A stretch of DNA of 64,000 bases from Vairimorpha necatrix. Taxonomy: Eukaryota. Location: positions 434,001-498,000 of the forward strand of contig CP142736.1 of the NCBI GenBank assembly GCA_036630325.1, written 5' to 3'. The notes beneath the pieces are model-generated. The model was not told the DNA's origin. It did no database searches and saw only the letters and a program-made list of their open reading frames with translations. A program made the position numbers and the translations under genes. The stretch's first letter is position 1; every line of letters starts with the position of its first letter. Of the stretch, positions 63,013 through 64,000 are shown piece after piece.

Positions 63013-64000
63013 TGTGAGTCTCCAAATATGGCTTTTTCATTCAAGAGGGGTCAATTTATTTTATTATTAATAATCAACATCCCTCCTTCTTTCGAATCAG
63101 CTCCTCGTCCACTAGTCTTTTTAATTGCAAAGCATGTCTTTTGAAAGACTTAGTACCAATTCTAATCAAATGAGAATTTCCTCTCAAATTACTGGAGATA
63201 AATCTTTTTACCCAATATCTCTGTTTGCTCTTTGTCATGTTTTCGTTCTTTATTAAAACCGTATCCTCAACAGTAAAGACCTCTTCCTTTGACAATTAAA
63301 TTGGTAGCCTTTGAATATTGTAATATATAATTAAATTGTGTTGTTTTAACCAATTCTTCAAATTTTTATTTATGCTTCGTTTGGTGTGCATCCAGATCCT
63401 ACGTGATAAGAGTTATTATACATTAAAATAGGCTTCATATTTTTGTTTTAAAACTTTTCATCATCGTTTATATTGATCATCTCTTGTAGGTTTCTAAAAA
63501 CCTTTCCACTCTCCCGTTCGATTGATGATGTAATGGAAGCGTGTAATGTAAAAAATATTATTTGTATTTGCAACATTTTTAACACTGTTGCTTAAATTTT
63601 CTTTTGAGCTTTCTAGAACAAGCGTTTTTATAGACACATTTTATTTCTGTCCTTTATAAATAGGGTTAATTTTTGGCCAGACCAATCGTTAATACTTCTA
63701 GCAAATCCTTTTCTAGTATAACGATCTAATCCTGTTATTATATAATTTTTGTTTAAAGGGCCTATAATGTCTATTCCCACTTTTTCGCCTGTTAAATAAG
63801 CTGTCACGAATATAAATTTTTTGTTTTTTTTTCGGATTTTACATCCTACATACAGTACAGCCATCTATCGCCTTTTGGTTAGTGTTTTAATATCAGGCCA
63901 ATTATATTTTTTTATAATATATAAATAATTGTTTTTGGACCTCTATGTAGCATTTCTTTATGCTTTTCGAATATATAAATAATTTTTCTTGTTTTGATGG
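63013..64000 (-). mobile_element. 3' end of a short-LTR Ty3/Gypsy element (family C/D-like)
   Basis: IN fragments (KVGIDIIGP, HHQSNGRVER, KRHALQLK), PPT GAAGGAGGGA and a putative ~67-bp LTR at 63013-63079. Confidence 0.8.

Overview
AT-rich eukaryotic DNA that is almost entirely nested, mostly decayed transposable elements. I infer a large-genome microsporidian: no introns are apparent, CCC/GGG motifs sit just before start codons, and Merlin plus Ty3/Gypsy elements are abundant. From LTRs, TIRs and target-site duplications (TSDs) read in the sequence I resolved about 11 Ty3/Gypsy elements, about 10 solo or partial LTRs, 9 Merlin (IS1595/ISXO2-like) elements, one Tc1/IS630-like element, one deleted hAT and two Ginger-like integrase DNA transposons, nested up to five layers deep. 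Only one likely intact host gene is visible (61037-61918). Three observations stand out. (1) A family of ~3-kb Gypsy elements (3 diverged copies) has 48-49-bp LTRs, a miniature Gag and no aspartic protease. (2) Several families have LTRs so short that the promoter-like motif and start codon lie inside them and the PBS is read as coding sequence. (3) A second lineage starts gag inside the LTR, lacks a tRNA PBS and keeps hairpins at both LTR ends. Family labels A-F are my own working names. All alignments were done by eye; no searches were run.
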